From positions 96,001-160,000 of the forward strand of contig CBDCXV010000001.1 of the NCBI GenBank assembly GCA_965223905.1: a stretch of 64,000 nucleotides of DNA, in the 5' to 3' direction. A program made the position numbers and the translations under genes. Shown piece by piece: positions 48,349 to 57,262 of the stretch. The notes beneath the pieces were generated by a model. The model was not told the DNA's origin. It worked only from the letters and a program-made list of their open reading frames with translations, and did no database searches. Position 1 is the stretch's first letter; each line of letters starts with the position of its first letter. The DNA comes from Candidatus Latescibacterota bacterium (GTDB taxonomy: Bacteria > Latescibacterota > UBA2968 > UBA8231).

Positions 48349-50766
48349 ATGATCATGCGGTACCTGGCTCTCATGTGCCGCTGCATCGCGAGCTGCGGGT
48401 TCCTCGGGTGGGGTCCCTTTTCCCTCCAGGAGAGTCATGCGTTGGATACCCTCGTCGTCGGTGAGGCCGAACGCCCCTGGATCGAGGGCGGCGGGGATGA
48501 GAACACATCGCCTCCCGGCCTCACGCCGATGTTCCGCCTGACCCCCCGCACCGTTGGCACCGGCAACACTCCCGGGGAGGTCGTCGATTTCGCCACCGAT
48601 CCCGACTGGATCGCGCCTACCCAGATCGACCCAGAGCGCAACATTTTCCAGCTCATCCGCGAGCAGGGAGGGGCTTACAGTATCTCTTCCCCAAACAACA
48701 GCGATCTGTCCAGGGCTGAAGCGCGCCAGGTGCTGATCGGCGTCACCGACGGCAGCGCCACGGTCTACCTCCGCAAACCCACCCCGACACAGCCGAACGT
48801 CAATCCGAATGGCGAGCACATCGACATCGACCTGGGCGCCCCCTACGGCCTCGAACGGATCGTGTTCTATCCCAGCTCCTTCTTCCTCTCGGACTTCCTC
48901 AGAGCTTTCGAAATCAAGGTCAACGACGGCACGATTCTCACCGATTCCGGCAACCCCGACTGGCGCGCGACCCCCCTGGCCTTCCGGGAAGGTCTGAATA
49001 CCCGCAGCCGGACCGACGTGCGGATACCGCTTCAGTTCGTGCGCTACATGCGCCTGACGTCTCGGACCGCCATCGGCTTCGAGATCGACGAAATCGAGCT
49101 CCACGGCCGCGGATACGTGCCGACCAGCCGCTACCTCTCCGACATTTTCGATCTGGGAGAGAAAGGCGCCCTGTGGGGCCGTATTCACTGGTCGGCCGAG
49201 GCCGTCGGCGACCCTTCCCGATCCAGCATGTCCGTGCGCACCCGTAGCGGCAGCACCCCCTCCAACCTGGTCTTCACCCGCAGGGTATCGGAGGGAACTC
49301 TGGGCCGGGAACCCTTCCTCGTCGAGATGGATCGGATATCCTACGACCGGGCCCTGGTCGGCTTCGTTCTGGGGCCGGTGGAGGTGCCGGAGCAGACCCT
49401 GGAACCTGCGGACTACAGCCTACTGTCCGAGGAAGTGAGGGAGTGGCTCGATCAACAGGGAGCCGCCTACACAGTGCTCGACGAGGAGGATGACGAGCAA
49501 CCGGCAAACCGGGCGGAATACGATGTGGTCGCACTCGCGCGTCAAGGCCGGGTTTCGTTGGCGGCCCTCCAGATCGATCCGGATATCTACCAGATTTTGG
49601 AAGGCCCGGTCAGGAACTGGCTGCAGGAGCGCGGAGCTCGGTATTTCCGCCGAGCCAACATCGGCGCGGACGTGCCCTACGGCATCGATGGACAGCTGCT
49701 GAACGCCACCACCTACAACCGTCTGCCTGCGGTCCAGCGTGGACCCATGCTGGACGACACCGAGAATTGGAGCCCGTGGTCGGCACCCTACCTGACGAAG
49801 CCAGGCCAGGAGGGGATCCAGATCACCTCCCCCGCCCCCCGGCAGTTCTTTCAATTCGAGATCCGCTTCACCAGCAGGGACCTGGCGTCGGCGCGCCGGG
49901 TAGACTTCCTCTCCTTCGAGGTCTCGTTCCCGCCGGTAGCCCAGTTCCTGGTTGCGGAGATCTTCCCGCGCCAGGTACAGCCCGGCGTGAGCGTGGAATT
50001 CGTGTATGCGGTGCGGACCTCGCTGGTTCCCTCCGACCCGGGATACGACAGCTTCGAGATTCGGACCTCGACCCCCATCGAGCGCCTTGAAGAGATCCAG
50101 ATCCTCGATGCGCAGGGAGCCATCCTGGACGAACAGGTTTTCGGAGTAGACGTGGAGGGGCTGGCCCTTCCTTACTCACCAGATGGGCACGAAGAATGGG
50201 CTCTGGTATCCGTGGATCCCACCCGCTTCCGGGTGCGTTTTCCGAGGATCGATGCCGACGGGACCGTGCTTCGCCTCCGTTTCGTCACATCGGTTCTGCG
50301 CTACGGCCTCACCTTTGACGGCTGGGGGTTCGAGGAGGGATCCGGGGAGCTGCCGCAGCCTGCGGTTCCCGGCAACGTCATACAGCTGGCCCCCAACGAT
50401 GCGGACAACCGTTCGAACCTGACGGTTCTCGTCGACCTGAAGGGGGACCTGCTGCGCGCGGTGCGCGTGGTCCCCAACCCGTTTACGCCGAACGGCGACG
50501 GCGTCAACGATGTCGCCGAGATTCGCTACGACCTGTTCAAACTGACCGAGGCGACGCCAGTTGAGATCGTCATCTACGATCTTTCGGGCCGGCGCATCGA
50601 CGTCGTGGCCGCCCGCGAGATCGAAAGCGGACGCTATGCCGTGCCGTGGAACGGAACCGACAGAGGTGACCGGCTCGTGCCACCCGGGCTGTATCTGTTC
50701 GAAATCCGGATAGAAGCAGACACGAAACCGGAAGAGGCGCTGGGAACAATCGCCGTCGTCTATTGA
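48349..50766 (+). CDS. Secreted discoidin-like/FlgD-tail surface protein (paralog 3)
   Basis: IDLGAPYGLERIVFY, EIELHGRGYVP, RTRSG, WSPWSAPY, SPAPRQFFQ, PNPFTPNGDGVND, WNGTDRGDRLVPPGLY...AVVY*. Confidence 0.8.
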   Translation: MIMRYLALMCRCIASCGFLGWGPFSLQESHALDTLVVGEAERPWIEGGGDENTSPPGLTPMFRLTPRTVGTGNTPGEVVDFATDPDWIAPTQIDPERNIFQLIREQGGAYSISSPNNSDLSRAEARQVLIGVTDGSATVYLRKPTPTQPNVNPNGEHIDIDLGAPYGLERIVFYPSSFFLSDFLRAFEIKVNDGTILTDSGNPDWRATPLAFREGLNTRSRTDVRIPLQFVRYMRLTSRTAIGFEIDEIELHGRGYVPTSRYLSDIFDLGEKGALWGRIHWSAEAVGDPSRSSMSVRTRSGSTPSNLVFTRRVSEGTLGREPFLVEMDRISYDRALVGFVLGPVEVPEQTLEPADYSLLSEEVREWLDQQGAAYTVLDEEDDEQPANRAEYDVVALARQGRVSLAALQIDPDIYQILEGPVRNWLQERGARYFRRANIGADVPYGIDGQLLNATTYNRLPAVQRGPMLDDTENWSPWSAPYLTKPGQEGIQITSPAPRQFFQFEIRFTSRDLASARRVDFLSFEVSFPPVAQFLVAEIFPRQVQPGVSVEFVYAVRTSLVPSDPGYDSFEIRTSTPIERLEEIQILDAQGAILDEQVFGVDVEGLALPYSPDGHEEWALVSVDPTRFRVRFPRIDADGTVLRLRFVTSVLRYGLTFDGWGFEEGSGELPQPAVPGNVIQLAPNDADNRSNLTVLVDLKGDLLRAVRVVPNPFTPNGDGVNDVAEIRYDLFKLTEATPVEIVIYDLSGRRIDVVAAREIESGRYAVPWNGTDRGDRLVPPGLYLFEIRIEADTKPEEALGTIAVVY

Positions 50767-50835
50767 GAAGACACCTCATTCGCGGTCGTGGATATCAATG
50801 CGTTGACGAGCCCAGGCCGGGCTTCGAGCCATTGC

Positions 50836-50878
50836 CGGGATTCCTCCATTCTGTCTCGGGATTCCTCCATTCTGTCTC
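50836..50878. repeat. 21-bp tandem duplication
   Basis: CGGGATTCCTCCATTCTGTCT x2, intergenic. Confidence 0.85.
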
Positions 50879-50953
50879 CGGAACCGGCGTCGTCAACAGA
50901 CTGATCGGGCCGGTTGTGAGTTTGGAGGGGGTGTATCCGCAGGAGGGCTTTCT

Positions 50954-53659
50954 GTGAAAAGACCGATTCTACCCAACCGAGTTGCTCTGTTCGCGCTGAT
51001 CCTGATCCTGGGGTCCGGCGCCACCCTCGCGCAGGAGGACTATGGCTCGCGTCTGGGCGTCCGCAAGGCGGATGCCTTCAGCTATGAACCGCAGGGAGCG
51101 GGAGTGCTCCTTCACGCCCTGGACCCGGCCATGCGCAAGTGGTACGTGCCACAAGAGCTTTACCTGGCATACCGCTGGCGCCAGTGGGAGTACACCAACT
51201 ACGCCCGGGAACCCTTCCAGCGTTACGTCAGCGTGGATCTGGAAGGGGACTATTTCTACGATCTCTACGGCCGCTTCGTGACGAAGGGCTGGCTCATCTA
51301 CGACCAGACCCAGACACAGCCCCAGACCCAGTTCGGCAGTTCCATTTACAAGGATCCGAGATTCGCGGGATGGTTCAATGGGCTGTTGATCGCCTCCGAC
51401 GGAAAGGGACAGTATCACTACTCCCTGGGCATCGGGAGCCAACTGCGAACGGTCCTGACCCCGCTGACCTTTGCCAAATCCCGGTTCAACGGCCTTCAGT
51501 GGGACTTGGCCTCAGACAAGTACGAGGCAACCGTCCTCTATTCCCGCATCAGCGCGGGAGGCGGCGACCCGCCTGTCAGGAACACCAACAACACCACCCT
51601 GTTCGGCAGCCGGATTTCCGCCCAGGTGGGTGATTTCATCACCCTTGGCGCCAATCTGGTCAACGCCCATCACTCTCACACCCAGCTCTCCGGATTCAAG
51701 GGCAGTGCCATCAAAGGGGAGCTGACGGTCGATCAGAACTCGGTCCCCGTGTCCTGGGTGGAGGTCATTCTGCGGGACGATTCGCCGGAAGACGGCGTGG
51801 GAGGGGCCGCCTTCTTCGAGGGCGGCTCGGATCTCATCATCACCTACATCGACGGCTTCGAGGAGACGGCCAACGAGATCGGCTTCGAACCGATCATCGA
51901 CGGTGGGTTCCCGCGGGCCGGCTTCCGCGCTGCGGACGGAAGCGAATCCATCACGGTGCGCTACGATTTCGACGCCACCGGATTCGTGGCCGGGGCACAC
52001 GGAGACAAATCCGAGATCGCCAAGGTCCGCTTCCGCCTGGCGGTAGGCAACGACTACCAGATCTGGATGAACTCCAGCCGCCAGACCACGGCCGGCACCG
52101 CCAAGCTGGGCTCGCGCGGCGAGCAACCCACGCCCCTGCTCGTTGCCCGCGCTGCGGGGAACGTACAGGACAATTCCAATCTGCGCCTCCTCAGCTTCGA
52201 GTACGGTCTCCCCACGGCATCCCATATCGTCGGCGCCACCGTCGAAATGAGGAATGTGGCCGGCTTCAACCTCTATGGTGAGTTCGACCGGTCCTTCAGC
52301 TACCGGATGTATCCCAACCCCAACCTGATCACTCACGACGCCGCCTCCGGCATCGTCGGCAATCCCGCTTCAGATGCCTGGATGGTAAACGTCTCGAAGC
52401 AGGCCCATCCCTATTTCCTGTTCGGCGAAGCCTTCAGCATGGAGCACGGCTACTCGACCACTGCCTTCGTCACCGAGACGAGACCGCGCCCCGGATTCGT
52501 GGACTACCAGGATACCCGCAACTTCTTCGAATTCGTCGACGACAACGACGACCAGGACCGCTTCCCCGACAACCAGCGCAGGGACTATCAAACCGGCGAC
52601 TTCGAGGTGTTCCCGGGCTGGGACGAAAACAACGACTTCATTTCCGACTTCAACCAGAACGACAACCGCCGCAGCCAACGCCCCAACGAGTTTCCGGACT
52701 ACGAAGAGCCGTTCCTTCGTTTCAACGTCGATCGGCCGGAATTTCTGTTCGGCCCCGACATGAACAACAACGGCTGGATCGACCGGTTCGAAAACGACGA
52801 GGAGCCGGACTACCCCTACCGCCGGGACCACAGCGGCTACAATATTTACGCCGGCGCCGACATCACCCCGGAACTTCGGGTGACGGCCGGCCGCATCGAC
52901 GAACGCCTGCTGTCCGCAGCCCGCGACAACGAGACCAACTACTTGCTGGCTACCCTCGACCGCGACTATCCGGGGTTCGGTCGCTTACGCGTCTTCGATA
53001 TGCTCAAACGCACGAAGGACGACATCCACGAGAACCTCTTCCAGTGGGTGTACTCGAGCAATGAATCACAGGGGGAACTGCGCCGCATTACCGACCCCCT
53101 GCTGTTCGAGGACGCCTGGCACAACAGCCTTTGGCTCGGTCATGACTACACCGGCGTGCAAAACCTCAAGGTCATCAATAAGGTTAAATGGGACGTTGCG
53201 CATACCTTTCTCGACAGCACCGAGCGCAGGGTCCGCAGCCTGGTGCAGAACGAGCACTTCTTCGGACTCGTCAACAAGGTCGGCTACCGACTGGAAGTAG
53301 GCTTTCTTGAGCTGGAGCCAAGATGGAAAAGCGAGTACCGGCACCAGTCGCGGGATCTTTTCAGCGCGACCAAGCGCGAAGAGCTCACCGAGATGGTCTC
53401 CGTGCTCGGCCGTTTTCCATTCCTCAGAAGAAGCTTTGTCGAGGCTGGGGTGGAATACCTGTGGTTCAAAGACCTGCGGGAGGACCAGAACGATTTGTCC
53501 AATCGGATCCTGGCCGTGCAATTCACCAACAGAGTGGACTATCTGGGCTACAAGCTGACCACGCAGTTCGGAATGAAGCTCGACCGCCGCGACCCGAAGG
53601 GGGAAGAGGCCATCACCACGCAGGAAAATTTCATCATCGTCTACGCCGGCCTGGAGTGA
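50954..53659 (+). CDS. Large exported protein, probable outer-membrane beta-barrel with Asp/Asn-rich Ca-binding-like loops
   Basis: Signal peptide (ATLA|Q); amphipathic beta-strands; DDNDDQDRFPD, WDENNDFISDFNQND, DMNNNGWIDRFEND; ends FIIVYAGLE*. Confidence 0.6.
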   Translation: MKRPILPNRVALFALILILGSGATLAQEDYGSRLGVRKADAFSYEPQGAGVLLHALDPAMRKWYVPQELYLAYRWRQWEYTNYAREPFQRYVSVDLEGDYFYDLYGRFVTKGWLIYDQTQTQPQTQFGSSIYKDPRFAGWFNGLLIASDGKGQYHYSLGIGSQLRTVLTPLTFAKSRFNGLQWDLASDKYEATVLYSRISAGGGDPPVRNTNNTTLFGSRISAQVGDFITLGANLVNAHHSHTQLSGFKGSAIKGELTVDQNSVPVSWVEVILRDDSPEDGVGGAAFFEGGSDLIITYIDGFEETANEIGFEPIIDGGFPRAGFRAADGSESITVRYDFDATGFVAGAHGDKSEIAKVRFRLAVGNDYQIWMNSSRQTTAGTAKLGSRGEQPTPLLVARAAGNVQDNSNLRLLSFEYGLPTASHIVGATVEMRNVAGFNLYGEFDRSFSYRMYPNPNLITHDAASGIVGNPASDAWMVNVSKQAHPYFLFGEAFSMEHGYSTTAFVTETRPRPGFVDYQDTRNFFEFVDDNDDQDRFPDNQRRDYQTGDFEVFPGWDENNDFISDFNQNDNRRSQRPNEFPDYEEPFLRFNVDRPEFLFGPDMNNNGWIDRFENDEEPDYPYRRDHSGYNIYAGADITPELRVTAGRIDERLLSAARDNETNYLLATLDRDYPGFGRLRVFDMLKRTKDDIHENLFQWVYSSNESQGELRRITDPLLFEDAWHNSLWLGHDYTGVQNLKVINKVKWDVAHTFLDSTERRVRSLVQNEHFFGLVNKVGYRLEVGFLELEPRWKSEYRHQSRDLFSATKREELTEMVSVLGRFPFLRRSFVEAGVEYLWFKDLREDQNDLSNRILAVQFTNRVDYLGYKLTTQFGMKLDRRDPKGEEAITTQENFIIVYAGLE

Positions 53660-53710
53660 TTTTTTTTCGCGCCGGGAACCGAAATCAAGGCGTGACCAAG
53701 GTCCATTCGG

Positions 53711-54100
53711 TCAAACAGCCCCCCTCGTCTCAACTTCGATCACTACGTCCTCTACGCTGTTCGGGGGAGGACTGACAACTATGAAGATGCGGACGGTATC
53801 ACCCGCCTGGGCTACCTGGGTGTACCGCGCCTCCCCGATCTCGCCCCGGGTTCTCTCGATATTGATGTTGAAGATCTCGACATCTTCCGCCACGGGTACT
53901 CTCACCGCCTTTCGGGTTCCGCCTCTCAAGGTGAAATCCGCCGTGGTCCCCACTACCGTGATCCGGTAGGTATGATCGGGTGTGTCATTGATGAACAGGA
54001 TTTCGTCGTCCGCTCCCCCTGTATCCGCAAGCCTTTGTCCGCCGCAACCGGAGACCAGACAGAACGATAGCGCCACGATCGACCGAGTCCACCTGCTCAT
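53711..54100 (-). CDS. Small lipoprotein
   Basis: SD GAGGAGG; MSRWTRSIVALSFCLVSG|C lipobox; beta-rich mature part. Confidence 0.7.
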   Translation of the reverse strand: MSRWTRSIVALSFCLVSGCGGQRLADTGGADDEILFINDTPDHTYRITVVGTTADFTLRGGTRKAVRVPVAEDVEIFNINIERTRGEIGEARYTQVAQAGDTVRIFIVVSPPPNSVEDVVIEVETRGAV

Positions 54101-54240
54101 GGGGTGATCCTCCTCACTCCGGTCCTTAGTGTCCAGTCCACGGAAATTCCTCCGTTTTTCGCGTCGATCAATCCAAGCTCGCTGTGTACACCGAAATTCA
54201 TTGCGCGCCATTGGACGCCTGAGAATATAGCATTTAACCC

Positions 54241-56244
54241 ATGCCAGCATCTGAGACCATGCCGGTCGAGCAGTCCTCTTCCAGCCAGCCCAGGGACCGC
54301 AGGACTGCGGACCCGGACAGGGGATGCACCCTGAGAGCCTTGATCGCAGGAATGGCCGGGGCTCTTTGTATCGGACTCGGATCGACCTACAACGACCTGG
54401 TTATAAAAAGCTCCAGACTCGCTATCTGGAACGTGACCCCGGCCGCCATCTTCCTCTTCTTCGTGCTGGTCGCGCTCGTCAATGTCGTCCTGCGGTGGAT
54501 CCATCCCCGCCTCTCCCTCAAACGGGGAGAGCTGGCAGTCGTCTATTTCCTCATCCTGTTGGCCAACACCCTGACCGGCCGGGCCTTCTCGGGCATGGTG
54601 CTCCCGGTGATAACGGGGGCCTTTTACTACGCCACCCCGGAAAACAACTGGGTCGAGGTGATACAGCCCTATCTGCCTGCATGGCCGGTCCCGCAGGGCG
54701 ACGAGATAATCCGAGGTCTCTACGAGGGGGGAGGCGTCGCCAGCGTGCCATGGGAGGCGTGGTTGCATCCCCTGTCCCACTGGCTGGCCTTCGGCCTCGC
54801 CCTTTTTCTGGCGATGGTCTGTCTGATGGTCATCGTGCGGCGGCAGTGGGTGAAGCACGAACGGCTGGTCTATCCCATGGTGCAACTGCCGCTTGCCATG
54901 ATCGGAGACGACGGGAAAGACTCCGCCATAAAACCCCTGTTCCGCAGCGGCCTGATGTGGGTAGGTTTCGCAATCGTTTTTGGGGCAGGCACGCTCAATG
55001 CCCTGCACAGTTACTTCCCAAGCGTCCCCGCCATCAGGTTTTCTCTGGGCAATTTTACGCTCTACCAAGAGGTGGGCATCAGACTGAGCGTCAATCCGTC
55101 GATGTTCGGTTTTTCCTATTTCATCCCTCAGAACGTGTCCCTGGGGCTGAGTTTCTTTCATCTCATGAACCAGCTGCAGTTGGGCCTTTTCCACGCCCTG
55201 GGTTGGCAGCAGCGTGAAGCGGCCATGGGGATCTACAGCACCTACACCGATTCCAACATCGTCCATCAGTCGATGGGTGGGATGATCGTCCTGGTCCTGG
55301 GAACGTTGTGGGTCGGCCGGCGCCACCTGATGGCCGTGTGGCGCAAGGCAATGGGCCTTGACCCCTCCGTGGACGACGCGGACGAGATCCTCTCCTATAG
55401 ATTCGCGGTCCTGGGCACCATAGTGAGCTTTGTGGCCATGGGCGTGTGGCTTTGGCAGACCGGCATTCCCCTGTTATTCGTCCCGATACTTCTGTTCGGC
55501 GCCTTCGTCATCTTCATGACCATCACCCGCGTCGTCGCCCAAGGGGGAGTTGCGGCGATGTTTCCGCCGACAAACGCGCCGGACTTCGTCATTTCCGGAG
55601 TGGGGGCTTCGGCCCTGGGGCCTAAAGGCGTAGCGGGACTGGCTCTGAGCTACGGCTGGGGCGTGGACACCCTCATCCTGCTGATGAGTGCCTGCGCCAA
55701 CGGACTGAAGCTGATCAGCGAAGTAGCCCTGCCTCACCGCCGGCGGCTCTTTGGGGGGATTGTCGCCGTGATCGTGCTGACCTTGGCAGGTTCTATTGGG
55801 ACGACGCTCTACCTGAGCCACAAACACGGAGCCATCAATCTGGAGCCGGGCTTTTTCGAGGCGGTCGGCCAGTACCCCTACTGGTTCATGGAGAAGAGCA
55901 TCCACAATCCGGCCGGCCCGAATTTGAGCGGCTGGATCCACAAAGGAGTGGGGGCCGCCATCATGGCCGGATTGATGGTGGCGAACCACCGATGGGTCTG
56001 GTGGCCCTTTCATCCGGTGGGTTACCCCATCAGCTGCGTATTCCGCACCATGTTCTTCAGCGTCTTCGCCGCCTGGATGATCAAGGCGTTTATTCTCAAG
56101 TACTGGGGCCTGGGGCTTTTCAACCGGCTCAAGCCGCTGTTTCTGGGTTTTATTCTGGGTGAGGCGGTGGTGGCGGGAACCTGGGTCATCATCGATTACT
56201 TTACCGGCATGCACAACAACCGGCTCGGGGTCGTCATGCAGTGA
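54241..56244 (+). CDS. DUF6785/DUF6784-like polytopic membrane protein (putative transporter), intact
   Basis: Many TM segments; FYYATPENNW, RRQWVKHERLVYP, TRVVAQGG, WWPFHPVGY, KPLFLGFILGE. Confidence 0.8.
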   Translation: MPASETMPVEQSSSSQPRDRRTADPDRGCTLRALIAGMAGALCIGLGSTYNDLVIKSSRLAIWNVTPAAIFLFFVLVALVNVVLRWIHPRLSLKRGELAVVYFLILLANTLTGRAFSGMVLPVITGAFYYATPENNWVEVIQPYLPAWPVPQGDEIIRGLYEGGGVASVPWEAWLHPLSHWLAFGLALFLAMVCLMVIVRRQWVKHERLVYPMVQLPLAMIGDDGKDSAIKPLFRSGLMWVGFAIVFGAGTLNALHSYFPSVPAIRFSLGNFTLYQEVGIRLSVNPSMFGFSYFIPQNVSLGLSFFHLMNQLQLGLFHALGWQQREAAMGIYSTYTDSNIVHQSMGGMIVLVLGTLWVGRRHLMAVWRKAMGLDPSVDDADEILSYRFAVLGTIVSFVAMGVWLWQTGIPLLFVPILLFGAFVIFMTITRVVAQGGVAAMFPPTNAPDFVISGVGASALGPKGVAGLALSYGWGVDTLILLMSACANGLKLISEVALPHRRRLFGGIVAVIVLTLAGSIGTTLYLSHKHGAINLEPGFFEAVGQYPYWFMEKSIHNPAGPNLSGWIHKGVGAAIMAGLMVANHRWVWWPFHPVGYPISCVFRTMFFSVFAAWMIKAFILKYWGLGLFNRLKPLFLGFILGEAVVAGTWVIIDYFTGMHNNRLGVVMQ

Positions 56245-56250
56245 TCCGAC

Positions 56251-57174
56251 CTACTCCTCTGCGTGGATCCCGGTTTCGTCGGCATAAACGGCGACGGGGT
56301 CGGAGATCTTGTGGTTGTCGCCGTCGTCTACGGTCGCCATCAGATGCCACTTGTCGCGCAGGTTGACCAGTTGGGCAGCATAGAAGTACTCGTCGTTCTC
56401 CCGGTGAACCATGAGCCCCGTGCCGTGAAGGTGAAACGGCCCCAGAGGGGAGCTGCCCACCAGAGAGAAGTTGCCTCTGCCCGGGGCTCCCTCTGCGAAA
56501 CTGCGGGCGAAGCTGGGCGCCAGTAGACGCCCGGGAGTGCAGAAGACGAGATACCAGCGCCCGTCGATGTGGTAGAGCTGCGGCACCTCCATTTCCTCGG
56601 CGATCCGATCGTGCTCGAGCGGGCCCAGGATATCCCAGTTGACCATGTCCGTGCTCCGGGCCACTGCCACAGTTCCGCGCGTCGTCACCTCACCATCGCT
56701 GCGGCGGGCGCACACGAACTGGTAGGCGGCGTCGCCGTGTTCGAAGAGGAAGGGATCGCGCCAGTGGATCATCTCTCGCTTCCCGGTGCCTATCTGTTCG
56801 TAGTGGGGGGGTTCGGCCTGCGTCCGCGGATTTTCCGGAACCTTCTCCCACTGGATCAGGTCGTCGGACACGGCCATGCCCACGCGCTGCGTCCTGAACC
56901 CTTCGTCTTCACAGCCGGTGAAGGCCATCCAGTACCTGCCGCCCCACTCCATGACGCTGCCCGTCGCCAGCGTGTGCCCGTCCCACGCCCCCTCGGGCCC
57001 GGGTTCGAGCGCCACTCCGACGTACTCCCAGTTTATCAGATCCCGGCTGATTGCGTGACCGATATCCCAGCGACCCTCGCGCTCCAGCGGGAAGGCGAGA
57101 AAAAACATGTGCGCCGTGTCACCGGCGACGAAATACCAGGAATCGCCTATGTAGTGGTTTTCGAGTGCGAACAT
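56251..57174 (-). CDS. GH32/GH43-clan five-bladed beta-propeller glycoside hydrolase
   Basis: GDSWY, IGHAISRDLINW, WDG...ATGSV, WRDPFLF, EMEVPQL; no signal peptide. Confidence 0.8.
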   Translation of the reverse strand: MFALENHYIGDSWYFVAGDTAHMFFLAFPLEREGRWDIGHAISRDLINWEYVGVALEPGPEGAWDGHTLATGSVMEWGGRYWMAFTGCEDEGFRTQRVGMAVSDDLIQWEKVPENPRTQAEPPHYEQIGTGKREMIHWRDPFLFEHGDAAYQFVCARRSDGEVTTRGTVAVARSTDMVNWDILGPLEHDRIAEEMEVPQLYHIDGRWYLVFCTPGRLLAPSFARSFAEGAPGRGNFSLVGSSPLGPFHLHGTGLMVHRENDEYFYAAQLVNLRDKWHLMATVDDGDNHKISDPVAVYADETGIHAEE

Positions 57175-57262
57175 ATCCCTCTCCTTACTCGGCTCTCCGG
57201 CCGACGGCCTGCTTTCCGGGTGATCCGAACGCGAGCGGACGAATCTCGCGGTCGGCGGTGAA

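Noticed and set aside
50763-50957. 64-aa ORF containing a duplicated GFLHSVS
   Set aside because: Explained by the 21-bp DNA duplication; TTG start and no coding evidence.
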